This document shows positions 53,879 to 63,354 of a stretch of DNA of 64,000 bases, piece by piece (the stretch's first letter is position 1; each line of letters opens with the position of its first letter). The translations under genes and the position numbers were made by a program. The notes under the pieces are model-generated. The model did not search any database and was not told the DNA's origin. It saw nothing but the letters and a program-made list of their open reading frames with translations. Source of the DNA: an uncultured virus (IMG/VR IMGVR_UViG_3300015610_002171) (taxonomy: Duplodnaviria; Heunggongvirae; Uroviricota; Caudoviricetes); IMG/VR virus record IMGVR_UViG_3300015610_002171; one strand, given 5' to 3'.

Positions 53879-53951
53879 GAGTCGATCTTCTAGAAGTTAG
53901 GAAATGGTTTCGAGGACCATAACGTAGGTGCAAATCCTGCTCGATTCACCA
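53879..53951 (+). tRNA. Atypical tRNA, CGA anticodon on a short-variable-loop body
   Basis: ATGGT-TTCGAGG-ACCAT; encoded CCA. Confidence 0.6.
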
Positions 53952-54100
53952 CCAGTTCTGACGCTGCCCTTAGCTAGAGAACATAAATGGGAATAAGGGT
54001 AAAACGACCAGGGGTTTCTGTTTCTTTAACGTCTGGGTGAAAATCGGGAACTCTTTCTTCTTTGAAGGAAAGAAAAGATCCTCGTGAGAGAAACAAGCTA

Positions 54101-54176
54101 GGGCTATGGGACTGCATAGGGTGGTCGCCTGTTTTGCACACAGGACAGCAGTTTGGAGCATTACCAAAATAGTCCA
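54101..54176 (+). tRNA. tRNA-Ala(UGC)
   Basis: G3:U70, loop TTTGCAC; atypical T-loop. Confidence 0.8.
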
Positions 54177-54300
54177 TTTTATTCTCAACAACGCAAATTT
54201 TACGTCAAGAGATAACCCTTCGTTCGCCAACCAGGAAACCTTTTACGGTTTGAGAAAATCACTGATAATACGAAGTTAAATAACACAGAAGGCGGCCAAA

Positions 54301-54373
54301 CTGAGAAGGAGGCGTTAGAGTAGCCGATACGCTTTGGATGCGTATAGTTTGAGTTCAATTCTCAATTCTCAGA
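54301..54373 (+). tRNA. tRNA-Pro(UGG)
   Basis: CTGAGAA/TTCTCAG, loop TTTGGAT. Confidence 0.75.
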
Positions 54374-54430
54374 TCAACAGTCGAGGTTTTTTTGAAGGAA
54401 AGAAAAGATCCTCGCGAGAGAAACAAATAT

Positions 54431-54504
54431 GGTTCCTTAGCTCAATTGGTTAGAGCGCTTGTTTGTTAAACAAGGGGTTTTCGGTTCAAGTCCGAAAGGT
54501 TCCG
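54431..54504 (+). tRNA. tRNA-Asn(GUU)
   Basis: Cloverleaf, loop TTGTTAA; two U-U mismatches in acceptor. Confidence 0.8.
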
Positions 54505-56508
54505 CTATATGAAATAAAAAAATCAAGTTGAGAAAACAATGAGACTATACCTTGCAACTTTTATTATGGTTGACAGCAAAATCAAACCAGAGATTTGCCC
54601 AGAAGACAATGTTAAACTTTATGGTATTTTTGAAAAAGAGGCAACAGCTATAGAAGTAATTGTTGAAGATATTCTTCAAGATAGGCTTGTAAAAAAAGCC
54701 ATTACCGAACCAATTGAAACCCAATTAAAAAACATTGGGAGCTTTAAAGAGCTTTTGGCTTTTATGAAACAACATGATTGCTTTGAGCATCTGATGCCAG
54801 ATCCATTTAGAGAAATTTATGGTGGATTTAATGTTAAAGAAATTGAGCTGGGCGAAATACTCGATGAATCTTTTGTTAAGTTTGGAAATTGAGATTAAAT
54901 AAAATAAATGATCGGAATCAATAAAATGGAAAATGATTTATACACATTGCACTACACTTCTTCTTTTGATAGGGCCGTTTATCTTGGAACATTTTCTTCT
55001 GAATTAATCGCTCTTGATGTAGTCAAGGAATGCATTGAAAATGACCTTATTTTTTTTACTGCCAGAAATCTTAGATTAAGAGATACATATCTTTCTACCA
55101 ATATTGGGAATCTTTCCGTTTTAGAAAAGGCAGACCTTATGCTTAAGGATCTAAAACAAGAGTTTAAAAAAACACTCCCTTCACTTGAAAGCTATAATTT
55201 ATTGTTAAAAAATAAAGATTATTTGTCTTTGTTAAATCAGCAAAAAAAGTTTGTCATAACAAGACATAAGATTAATGAAATTATAAGTGAGTTTAAAACA
55301 TCAGGAGAAGAGTTTGGGTACGGTTCCGCTAATTCAATAACAAGAAGGAGTTTGAATAATGTATAATGGTATAATACCACCACCACCAGGATTAGAATGG
55401 CAAGAAGATAAAACAGCAGCAACAATTGGATTTGTGGTTTGTGCTGAGCAATTTTTAATGCAAAATCCAAAGTTTGAGTATGCTTCTGAACTTGAAAAGT
55501 TCATTAGCGAATTAAAGGTAGGAAAACAAGTTCTAACAAAATGGTTTACGATTCAGGATTTTATTAATACGTTTAAAACGTATATTGTATTTTCAAGTGC
55601 CCCAGGTGTTGGTAATTTTCCTTTAGCAGTGTTTAAAACTTTAGAAAAGGCAAAGACTTTCACAGGAGGAGATTGCTACTTTCAAATTGGGGAAGTTGTT
55701 TGGGATGGAGAGGGTAGGATTCCATTAGTTCGAGATTGCAAGATAATTTAATAGAAGCATTCGATTAAAAATTTGGAGGTTGACAACTTGCGCTGCGAGT
55801 TTTACACTCTGTCCCCGAAAAGAGATAGCCGTGTACAATAGAATCCTCGCCAAAAAAATCTTTGAGACTGAACGTAAAAAAGATCTTGATGAATTGGTGA
55901 GAGATTGGTCAAACTGTTGTTTTTCTAATAGTTCAAACAAAGACCAGGAAATTTTATCAGAAGAAGAAAAAATCGAGAGAGAAATCTCTCTCTCAATGGA
56001 AGAGGGTTTGATTAAGGCAATTAAAGAAAAAACGGCAGTTGTATACTGTTTATTTCTCGAAGAAAATAACAAACATGTTTTTAATATGGCTGTTGAAAGT
56101 GTCGAGCGTGCTAGAGAATTGGTAAATCAAAATTCCTTTTTGTCGATCGGTATATTGTTTGTTGATAAAATTAAACCAATGCAACCACCACAAGCACAAG
56201 ATTGTTTCTTTTGTAATGGAGAACCGATGGTTAAAACTTTGCCAAATGATTTTAAATCACAGGTAATGGATTGGACAGATTATGATGTTGCCGAATTTTT
56301 TCTTGGAATCTCATTGGGTATATTTGAACCTAATGTAGATTTTTTGGATTGTAAAGATGTTATATGGTCCAACACTCCCATAGGAAACCTTTTGTGTGAT
56401 ATTATAAATTGCATGGTAAAAGAAGGCGTTCTTCTAAAAGAAGAAGGCAAAATTATGTGGGGTCTTCAAAAGTGAAATAAGACGAATAAAAAAAGAATAC
56501 GATGTTTT

Positions 56509-56585
56509 GGTCCCATCGTCTAAATGGCAAAGGACACATCCCTTTCAAGGATGAAATGCGAGTTCAATCCTCGCTGGGATCACCA
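56509..56585 (+). tRNA. tRNA-Glu(UUC)
   Basis: Cloverleaf, loop CTTTCAA, CCA. Confidence 0.9.
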
Positions 56586-56617
56586 TTATGGTTAAGCAAA
56601 ACAACCATAATACAACA

Positions 56618-56688
56618 AAACAGGCCATAAAGAAACTTACTTCTAAAAATTCAAGGTATGATAATCTAGTTTCTTTGCTTTCCTGTTT
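56618..56688 (+). ncRNA. GGCCAT/GCTTTCC hairpin RNA, copy 3
   Basis: Same motif as copy 1. Confidence 0.7.
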
Positions 56689-56842
56689 CTTCTCAACCTT
56701 CAAACCGAAGAAAAAATTTTAGTCTTAGCAATTAATCTATTCTCTCGAATTCTTGTCTAATACTAGTGAAAGACAATGGATGCACAAGGTGCAAATCCTT
56801 GGTTCGGGACCATTCAAAGGTATGCCTTTGAAAACATAAAAT

Positions 56843-56955
56843 GGGCAGATAGTTTAAGCGGGCAATCGCGTAGATAAAACATCTCCACCGTTTTGAGATC
56901 GTATCAACAGCAAACGTCCGAGAAGTTGAAGATGCGAATACTTCTCTGCTCACCA
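56843..56955 (+). ncRNA. tRNA-like RNA with expanded D-loop and anticodon region
   Basis: GGGCAGA/TCTGCTC-A-CCA, GTTT/AAAC D-stem, imperfect T-arm. Confidence 0.6.
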
Positions 56956-57224
56956 AAAGGTAAAAATGAACATACTTGGAATAAAAACACTTTTCTATAA
57001 AGGGAAAGAGTGGAAATTTGAATGGGGCTGCGGGGCCGACAACATACAAAACATTGAGTTAAAAGAATTAGAGTTTTGTCCAGATAAAATTGTTAAAGCA
57101 GAATGCTCGCAGTCGTATGGTTGCACAGGACAACCTCCATGTTTGCATAAAGGAATTATTGCAAAAAGAAGATCTGACAATAAAATGTTTTTAATTTGTG
57201 TTGAATAATAAACTATTTATCTTT

Positions 57225-57842
57225 ATGAAAATAAAGAATTTAATTTATGGGTCAGACTTAGACGAAGGAATCATAGCAAATTTATCAAACAAAATAAAAC
57301 AATCGTTCGGGTCGTCTGATAGTTCTTCTGAAAAACTAGTTACAGATCAAAACGGAGCAAAAGTTTTCGTAAAAGGAAAAAAGATTCACAGAGAAGGCGG
57401 TCCCGCAGTATTAGAAACAGATGGAACTCTTAAATGGATGGTAAATGGAAAATACCACAGAGAGGATGGCCCAGCAATTATTAGTCCAGACGGAACTGCA
57501 CATTGGATGATTAATGGAAAACACCATCGTGAGAATGGTCCAGCCTATGTTGGTTTTATTTCTGGTAGAAATTGGGAACTTAAATGGATTAAAAATGGAG
57601 TATTAAATAGATATCCAGAACCAGCGGTTGTAAGTTACGCAGATACTCCAGTTTTTTATTATAATGGTAAACGAGTTTCAAATTTAGAAGGTTTAAGAAC
57701 ATTAGAAAAAACTGGAGTAAAATGGGAAGCTGATGAAGATTATAAAAATTATGGACCTGGCGTAACAAAAAATTTATGGAATCAAGAATACGAAAATCAT
57801 AAAAGAGATTTTAGTGTTAAAGCTAGCAGTCCTTATAGATAA
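57225..57842 (+). CDS. HRxDGPA-repeat protein with different N- and C-termini
   Basis: HREGGPA/HREDGPA/HRENGPA repeats. Confidence 0.8.
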   Translation: MKIKNLIYGSDLDEGIIANLSNKIKQSFGSSDSSSEKLVTDQNGAKVFVKGKKIHREGGPAVLETDGTLKWMVNGKYHREDGPAIISPDGTAHWMINGKHHRENGPAYVGFISGRNWELKWIKNGVLNRYPEPAVVSYADTPVFYYNGKRVSNLEGLRTLEKTGVKWEADEDYKNYGPGVTKNLWNQEYENHKRDFSVKASSPYR

Positions 57843-57859
57843 ACTATATATTTAAAGTT

Positions 57860-58339
57860 ATGAATTTAAAAAAATACATCTTTGAAGATTGCCCCACGCC
57901 AGAATCTCCATACCAACAATTAAATCAGATGATTACATCGACAGCACAAAGCTTACCTCAAACCGATTACGGCAAATTTGAACTATATTGTTATGGTTTT
58001 GATAAAAAAGCTAATGTCCATAAATTTGATATAAGAACTGGAGCGAACGATACGGCAGGAAAAAATCCTTCTGCTGTTTTGTCGGTAGGAATAAAGCAAG
58101 AACAAGATAAAACTTATACTGTGAGTGCGACAGGTTATACTGTTTTGGGTGCCGCAGGCAACCATGCTCAAGGTAAACGAGTTCAAAAAATTACAAAAAA
58201 CAAAATTCAATTTAGTGAATTAGATTCTTCAATTCATGAACTATCGTTTAAAACAGCCAATGAACTGGTGGCCTTATTGCCAAAAGTCGGACTTGTTCAG
58301 AAAACAGTAAATGCGGTAAAAAATTTTATGAAAAAATAA
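57860..58339 (+). CDS. hypothetical protein
   Basis: 159-aa ORF. Confidence 0.65.
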   Translation: MNLKKYIFEDCPTPESPYQQLNQMITSTAQSLPQTDYGKFELYCYGFDKKANVHKFDIRTGANDTAGKNPSAVLSVGIKQEQDKTYTVSATGYTVLGAAGNHAQGKRVQKITKNKIQFSELDSSIHELSFKTANELVALLPKVGLVQKTVNAVKNFMKK

Positions 58340-58578
58340 TAAGATTTTATTTAGTTTGTGTTAAATACTTAAAGAGTAACTATATGAAACCATAACCAAG
58401 AGGTTTTAGTTGAAAATCTATAACAATATATAATGAAAGTTTGCTGCTAACAACACGCAAGCTATAAAAACCAAACTATCTGAAAGGGATAGTAAGGGCA
58501 ACAAGCAAGTAGTTATATAAAAGTATAGACAAGTAAACTAGAATAGTAATGGTTATCAAACTAGTATAGTGAAAATTT

Positions 58579-58664
58579 ACTTATGTAGTGTAACGGGAGC
58601 ACAGCGGAAAAAGCATTGCGCGTTAGGGAACCCGCCAGTAAAGGTTCGAATCCTTTCATAAGTA
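58579..58664 (+). ncRNA. tRNA-like RNA with ~24-nt anticodon loop
   Basis: ACTTATG/CATAAGT, GTGT/GCAC D-stem, GCGG/CCGC stem, canonical T-arm. Confidence 0.7.
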
Positions 58665-58670
58665 AAGTTT

Positions 58671-58741
58671 GCCCTTTTAGTTCAACGGTAGAACGCTAGT
58701 TTCTAAAACTGGATGAATAGGTTCAATTCCTATAAAGGGCG
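58671..58741 (+). tRNA. Amber suppressor tRNA (CUA), tRNA-Trp-like body
   Basis: CTAGT-TTCTAAA-ACTGG, anticodon CTA at 58703-58705; G73. Confidence 0.8.
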
Positions 58742-59172
58742 CAAAATCAATGAAGTTTCAAGAATATGTGAAATACTCTAATTGGTTCTCAGGAAAGGCT
58801 GACTCTGATTTTGAGTTAAAATTTAAAATAAAAGAAATAAGCAACCTTTCTGCAGAAAAAGCATTTTTTAAAATTGACACACTTGGAGAAACACCAGAAA
58901 TTTCAAGTGCTGAAAAACAAAGTTTACTTTCGGCTTTAAAAGGTAAAGCTGCTTTTAACTTATGTATCAAACAAGTTTCTGAGCAAATTAAAATTGCTCA
59001 TAAAGAAAAATGGATTTGGATATTAGGAAACATTTCATTTGATGAAAAAATTAAAGATCTTATCTTGTATCAAGAAGTAATACAGAATTTATTAAATTGT
59101 GATAATCGACAACTTTTTTTGACAGCTTGGAAACAATCAAGAGTCGAAAATAATTTAAAGTAAAATAACAAA

Positions 59173-59197
59173 TGGAAGTGTGGCCGAGTGGTCTAAA
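59173..59197 (+). pseudogene. 5' fragment of a Ser/Leu-type tRNA abutting tnpB
   Basis: GGAAGTG-TG-GCCGAGTGGTCTAAAG matches a tRNA acceptor 5' strand and D-arm. Confidence 0.6.
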
Positions 59198-59204
59198 GTA
59201 ATAA

Positions 59205-60374
59205 ATGATAATTAAATCTTTCAAATATAGATTATATCCAACAATCGAACAACAAAAAGTTTTTGAAGAATGGATTTTACAGTTGAAAAATTTGTGGAAC
59301 ATAGCAAACAAACAAAGATTTTGGATGCTAAGTAAAATTCCAATCCAAAAAAGTTCAAGAACGGGTTTTGAAATTTGGCCGTCAAATAGAAATCAAATAT
59401 GTAAAAGAACAGGAAATAAAATTTATGGTCAAGAATACGAGGCGCAAGAATTAGCAAGGTTAGATCCAAATGGAATAGGTATTTTACCAGCTAAAATAAG
59501 AAATTCTTGTCTAGAACAATTAGATAAATCCTGGAAAAGGTTTTATAAAAACGTATCCAAAAAACCAAAGTTTAAAACAAAAAAAGATAAAATTTCGTTT
59601 ACAATAAAAAGTAATTGCAATTCTTTGTTGAAAAACATTAATAATGGGAAAATTCAAATTATTAAACTTGGATTTGTTAAAGTCAAAATACATAGAAAAT
59701 TAGAAGGAAGACCATTATATTTTACAATTACAAAAGATTCAATAGGTGAATGGTATGTTTCTATTACTTGTGAAATAATAAATTTCATAAAAAAAGAATC
59801 TAATCAAATAATTGGAATTGATAGAGGTGTTAAAAACATTGTTGCAGATTCAAATGGAAAAATAATACCAAGTATTAAAATACTAGAAAAAAGTAAGTTA
59901 AAACTTAACAAATTGAGAAGAAAATTTTCAAAGCAGAAAAAAGGATCAGAAAATTCTAAAAAAACATTATTAAAAATAAATAAGTTAAACATTAAGCAAA
60001 TTAATAGAAGAAATGATTTTTATCATAAAATAACCAGTTATTATTCAAATAATAATTCAACTATTGTTCTTGAAGAATTGAAAATTAAAGAAATGACAAA
60101 AAAAGGTTCTAAAAAAACAAAACTTAATTCTTTAATAAGATCTTCTGCATGGAAATTATTAGAAAATCAATTTAAGTATAAGTTGAATTGGTATCAAAAA
60201 AATGGAAAATTAATATTAATTAAACCATATAATACTTCAAGAATTTGTTTTAAATGCAAATATTGCGAAAAAACTAATAGAAAAGAAGACGTTTTTAAAT
60301 GTTTAAAATGTGGGCATGAAGATCATGCCGATATAAATGCCGCAAAAAACATTTTGTTTTTTGGGACTAAATGA
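59205..60374 (+). CDS. tnpB: TnpB RNA-guided nuclease (IS1341-like, no tnpA in window)
   Basis: KSFKYRLYPT N-terminus, IGIDRG, IVLEEL, CxxC..CxxC, HADINAAKNI; catalytic D/E/D intact. Confidence 0.9.
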   Translation: MIIKSFKYRLYPTIEQQKVFEEWILQLKNLWNIANKQRFWMLSKIPIQKSSRTGFEIWPSNRNQICKRTGNKIYGQEYEAQELARLDPNGIGILPAKIRNSCLEQLDKSWKRFYKNVSKKPKFKTKKDKISFTIKSNCNSLLKNINNGKIQIIKLGFVKVKIHRKLEGRPLYFTITKDSIGEWYVSITCEIINFIKKESNQIIGIDRGVKNIVADSNGKIIPSIKILEKSKLKLNKLRRKFSKQKKGSENSKKTLLKINKLNIKQINRRNDFYHKITSYYSNNNSTIVLEELKIKEMTKKGSKKTKLNSLIRSSAWKLLENQFKYKLNWYQKNGKLILIKPYNTSRICFKCKYCEKTNRKEDVFKCLKCGHEDHADINAAKNILFFGTK

Positions 60375-60540
60375 ATACCGTTGGTTTAACGGAGAAACCT
60401 ACAATATGCTGTAGGAACTGAAAAGTTTTTCAAAAGAAATGCTATGTCTGTGGAGATTTTTGATAAAAAATCAATGAAACAGAAAGAAGAATTAGTAATA
60501 ATCTTCCTTTAAATCAATGTTCGTTGATTTAAACATAAAA
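60375..60540 (+). ncRNA. Putative TnpB reRNA / right end
   Basis: TACCGTTGG..ACGGA..CTGTGGAGA..TCAATGAAACAG pattern and terminal hairpin. Confidence 0.55.
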
Positions 60541-61699
60541 CACGAATCTTTCTGATTCCGCTAAGAAAAGAAAACAAATATGATGATAGCATTTGATATA
60601 CTCAAACTAGATAGACTAACCGATGCTCAATTATTTGAATTTTGTATGGCAGTTGGGGCAGACCTTGAGAATCTCTGCTCTTATGTGAAATTGTTAAAAT
60701 CTAACATTGGAGAAGGGGAGGCATCTTTTGAAGGGTGCTGGGGAACTTATAATTCCAATGAAATGGAAAAGTTTAAAGATTTGGTTGAGTATCCAACAGC
60801 GATATCTAAACTTCAACAAATATTAAAAGAAAATCCGAAAAAACATTTTGTTTCTATTGCCGTTTCTCCAAGTGAAGTTTCTTATCAGATTTTCAACAGA
60901 GAAGATGGAATCAAACATTTAATAAAACATTTTGGAGTTTAAAATGACAACAGCAGAAACATCTCTTTTTAAAGAAAAAGCACTTAAAGATTTAAACATT
61001 CAAGAGCAAGCTTGGGAAGAAACTTGTGGCGTTGTTAGGGGCAGTTATAACGGAGGCATTCGTTATGCTTGCACAAGGTGTGAAATATTGGTAGAAATGG
61101 CCACAGACGAAATTAAAACTGAAATGGGAGAAGAATTGTACAATAAACATGAAACGATAAAAGATCCCATTACAGAAAAAGGATGGATTCCTGCACAAGA
61201 AATGGTTGTTAGAAACAAGTTTCTGGAAAAGGCAAAAGAACATAATTGCGGTCATTTTGAGAAAAGGCTGGAGTACGCAAAAGATCCAAAAACTCATCAA
61301 ACATTTGGGATACTAGCTTTGATGAAAATGATAAAAAACAAATGAGACTCTATCAAATAAATCTAGTTCCAAGAGAATATTCAGAAGATCTAATTCACAC
61401 AATTGGTGTCTTTTCTTCTAAAACACTTGCTGTCGAAGGGCTCTCTTTATATCTCCAGGAACGTTTAGTATTTGATTTTAAAAAACAACCCTCTCTTGGT
61501 CTTTCTTATCTTAAGGGAAAAGACACAACTGTAGCAAGAGAAGAAGTTTTTAAAGCGTTACAATCTGTGTCTTCTTTTGAAGACATGAGACGTTTGTTCA
61601 CGTCGGGTTCTCTGTATTTTTTATTTTTAATGAGGGTTGTATTAGATGGTCACTATGCAGTTGTTGTCCCTTTGGAACTAGATGAACTAAAAGAGGCTG

Positions 61700-61903
61700 G
61701 TGTCTGTTTTGCTCGCCCTGGTCCTCGTCGGTTGCTCGCCGTGCACCCGCCCCGTAACTGTAAATTATTCTAGATGCTGCGACGGGACACCCGCAACCTG
61801 TACAGGTAGAGGATGTTGCTCGCACCACGGAGGAGTTTGTACATTTCAAAGAATTGAAGAACAACCTATTATGTGCCCCATAGATGCAAGTCAGGATCAA
61901 TGA
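61700..61903 (+). CDS. Small Cys-rich secreted/lipoprotein
   Basis: Signal LVGC; CCDG..RGCCSHHGGVC. Confidence 0.6.
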   Translation: MSVLLALVLVGCSPCTRPVTVNYSRCCDGTPATCTGRGCCSHHGGVCTFQRIEEQPIMCPIDASQDQ

Positions 61904-62262
61904 TAGAAAAGCTTACTGCGTTTAAAACTAGTCTAACTGAGATTCAACCCATGCTTGTTTCATTTGAAGCAAATTATCACCTTACCGCGGCAACGACAAA
62001 TCTTTCTAATGTAAAAGGTTTTCAAGATGAAACAGAACGGCAAAATCACCTGTTTCCAGTTGTTTTAAAAGCATTAAGATATGTTATGTGGCATGAAGTT
62101 AAAGAACTTAATAGCCAAACGAATCTTTCTTCAAAAGAAAACCACCAGGTTCTGTTAAAATTAAACAAACTTTTTTTAGACTTCAAAACCTTTGCAGAAG
62201 AAAATGGGTATAGCGAAATATAAAATAGCAAAACAAATTAAGAAAACAACAAAACAAGGGTC

Positions 62263-62291
62263 TTGACAGACCTCCTCGCGGTGGTTAGACT
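62263..62291 (+). promoter_or_regulatory. sigma70-type promoter
   Basis: TTGACA-17-TAGACT. Confidence 0.65.
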
Positions 62292-63135
62292 ATCTCAATC
62301 CTAAGAGGAAATAACCCAAACAGAAAGTTCTTCAAAATGGAAGAAGCCAGCCAAGGTTACAAAAAAGCTTGTGAGGTTGCTTCATTTCTTGCTTCTGATA
62401 AAGAACTGTCAGAAAAAGCGCATGGAATTTTAACCTCCGCAGATCTTGACGAAAAAAGTTTTATTGAACTTTTGTTTGAAACAGAAGAGGTAAAGGAGTC
62501 TTGTTCTCTTCAAGACGGAGACTATATTGACGGGGTTCTTATCAGAACCAGAGTTTTTGAATTGGCCTTTCCTTTGTAAAACAAAGGACCTATAAATGGA
62601 AAATCAGACAAACAAGAAACTCCCTGTGGTTGACCTTAGTGATGTTAAATGTAAAACTTGTCAATATAAAAAAGAAACCAATTTTTGGTCATCAGACGGA
62701 TTTGATAGAATGTGCGATTGGGTTTGTTCTGCCCATAATAATGATACTATTGCTAAATCACTTGAATGGCACGAAGAATCTAGAGTTCAATTACCAACAT
62801 GGTGCCCAAGAATAAAAGTTTCTGCGACAGAAAAAGAATTGGTATATGTTGTTACTATTAACAAGGTTTCAAAACCATTTTCCAGTGAATCGTTTGCTTT
62901 TGATGCGGTAGTTGATTTCCTAAGACAACATTTTGAGTCATCAAAAAACGACTACCTTCTCAATCAATTGAATGAAATTGTTTCATTTAAAGAGCTCCTT
63001 TCTTTCGTTAAAAAGGAAAGGTATCCGTTAAATTGTAAGGTGGTGTGTTGTTATCTAAACAATGGATTTAAATATTCGGCAATAGGTTTGCCAATAGATG
63101 AAGAATATAATTCAGTCATATTCAGCACTTGAGGT

Positions 63136-63345
63136 ATCAACTGCTTATAGCATAAGCTTGCAAATAATAATTTCTTATTATTCACGTTTGGGGGATTGAC
63201 GGCACCCTGCCCCAAATACTAAGTTTGGGGATGAGTTTAAGAAACTAAGATTTCTTAAACTTTGATATTAAGTATTATATTATTTCGGTTCAAGGAATGT
63301 TACAAAAAAATGAATCGCACTCGCTTTCTGAGCATGGAGAATTCA
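63136..63345 (-). mobile_element. Non-autonomous IS200/IS605-type element, family A copy 2
   Basis: Reverse-complement homologue of 23644-23867. Confidence 0.7.
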
Positions 63346-63354
63346 AATAAAAAA

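Larger units (their letters stand above)
54061..54426 (+). repeat. 36-bp direct repeat (54061-54096, 54391-54426), each just upstream of a tRNA
   Basis: TTTGAAGGAAAGAAAAGATCCTCGYGAGAGAAACAA, 1 mismatch. Confidence 0.9.

Noticed and set aside
53970..54230. Minus-strand ORFs over the tRNA cluster, and ORF 56732..57049
   Set aside because: Antisense shadows of structured RNA genes.
53328..56688. Repeated motifs as a CRISPR array
   Set aside because: Copies are dispersed, covary as hairpins and lack regular spacers; no cas genes in the window.
56722..56812. Additional tRNA
   Set aside because: Only a T-arm-like hairpin and weak acceptor pairing; cloverleaf not supportable.
58430..58480. GTTTGCTGC..ACGCAAGCT similarity to the insert of the 53426 tRNA-like RNA
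   Set aside because: Short match with only two instances; not enough to call a family.
58671..58741. Reading this tRNA as Arg(UCU)
   Set aside because: That register breaks the anticodon stem; only the CUA register gives 5 bp plus a 7-nt loop.
59205..60374. Cas12f or IStron
   Set aside because: No CRISPR array and no group I intron core; the N-terminus is typical IS605 OrfB.
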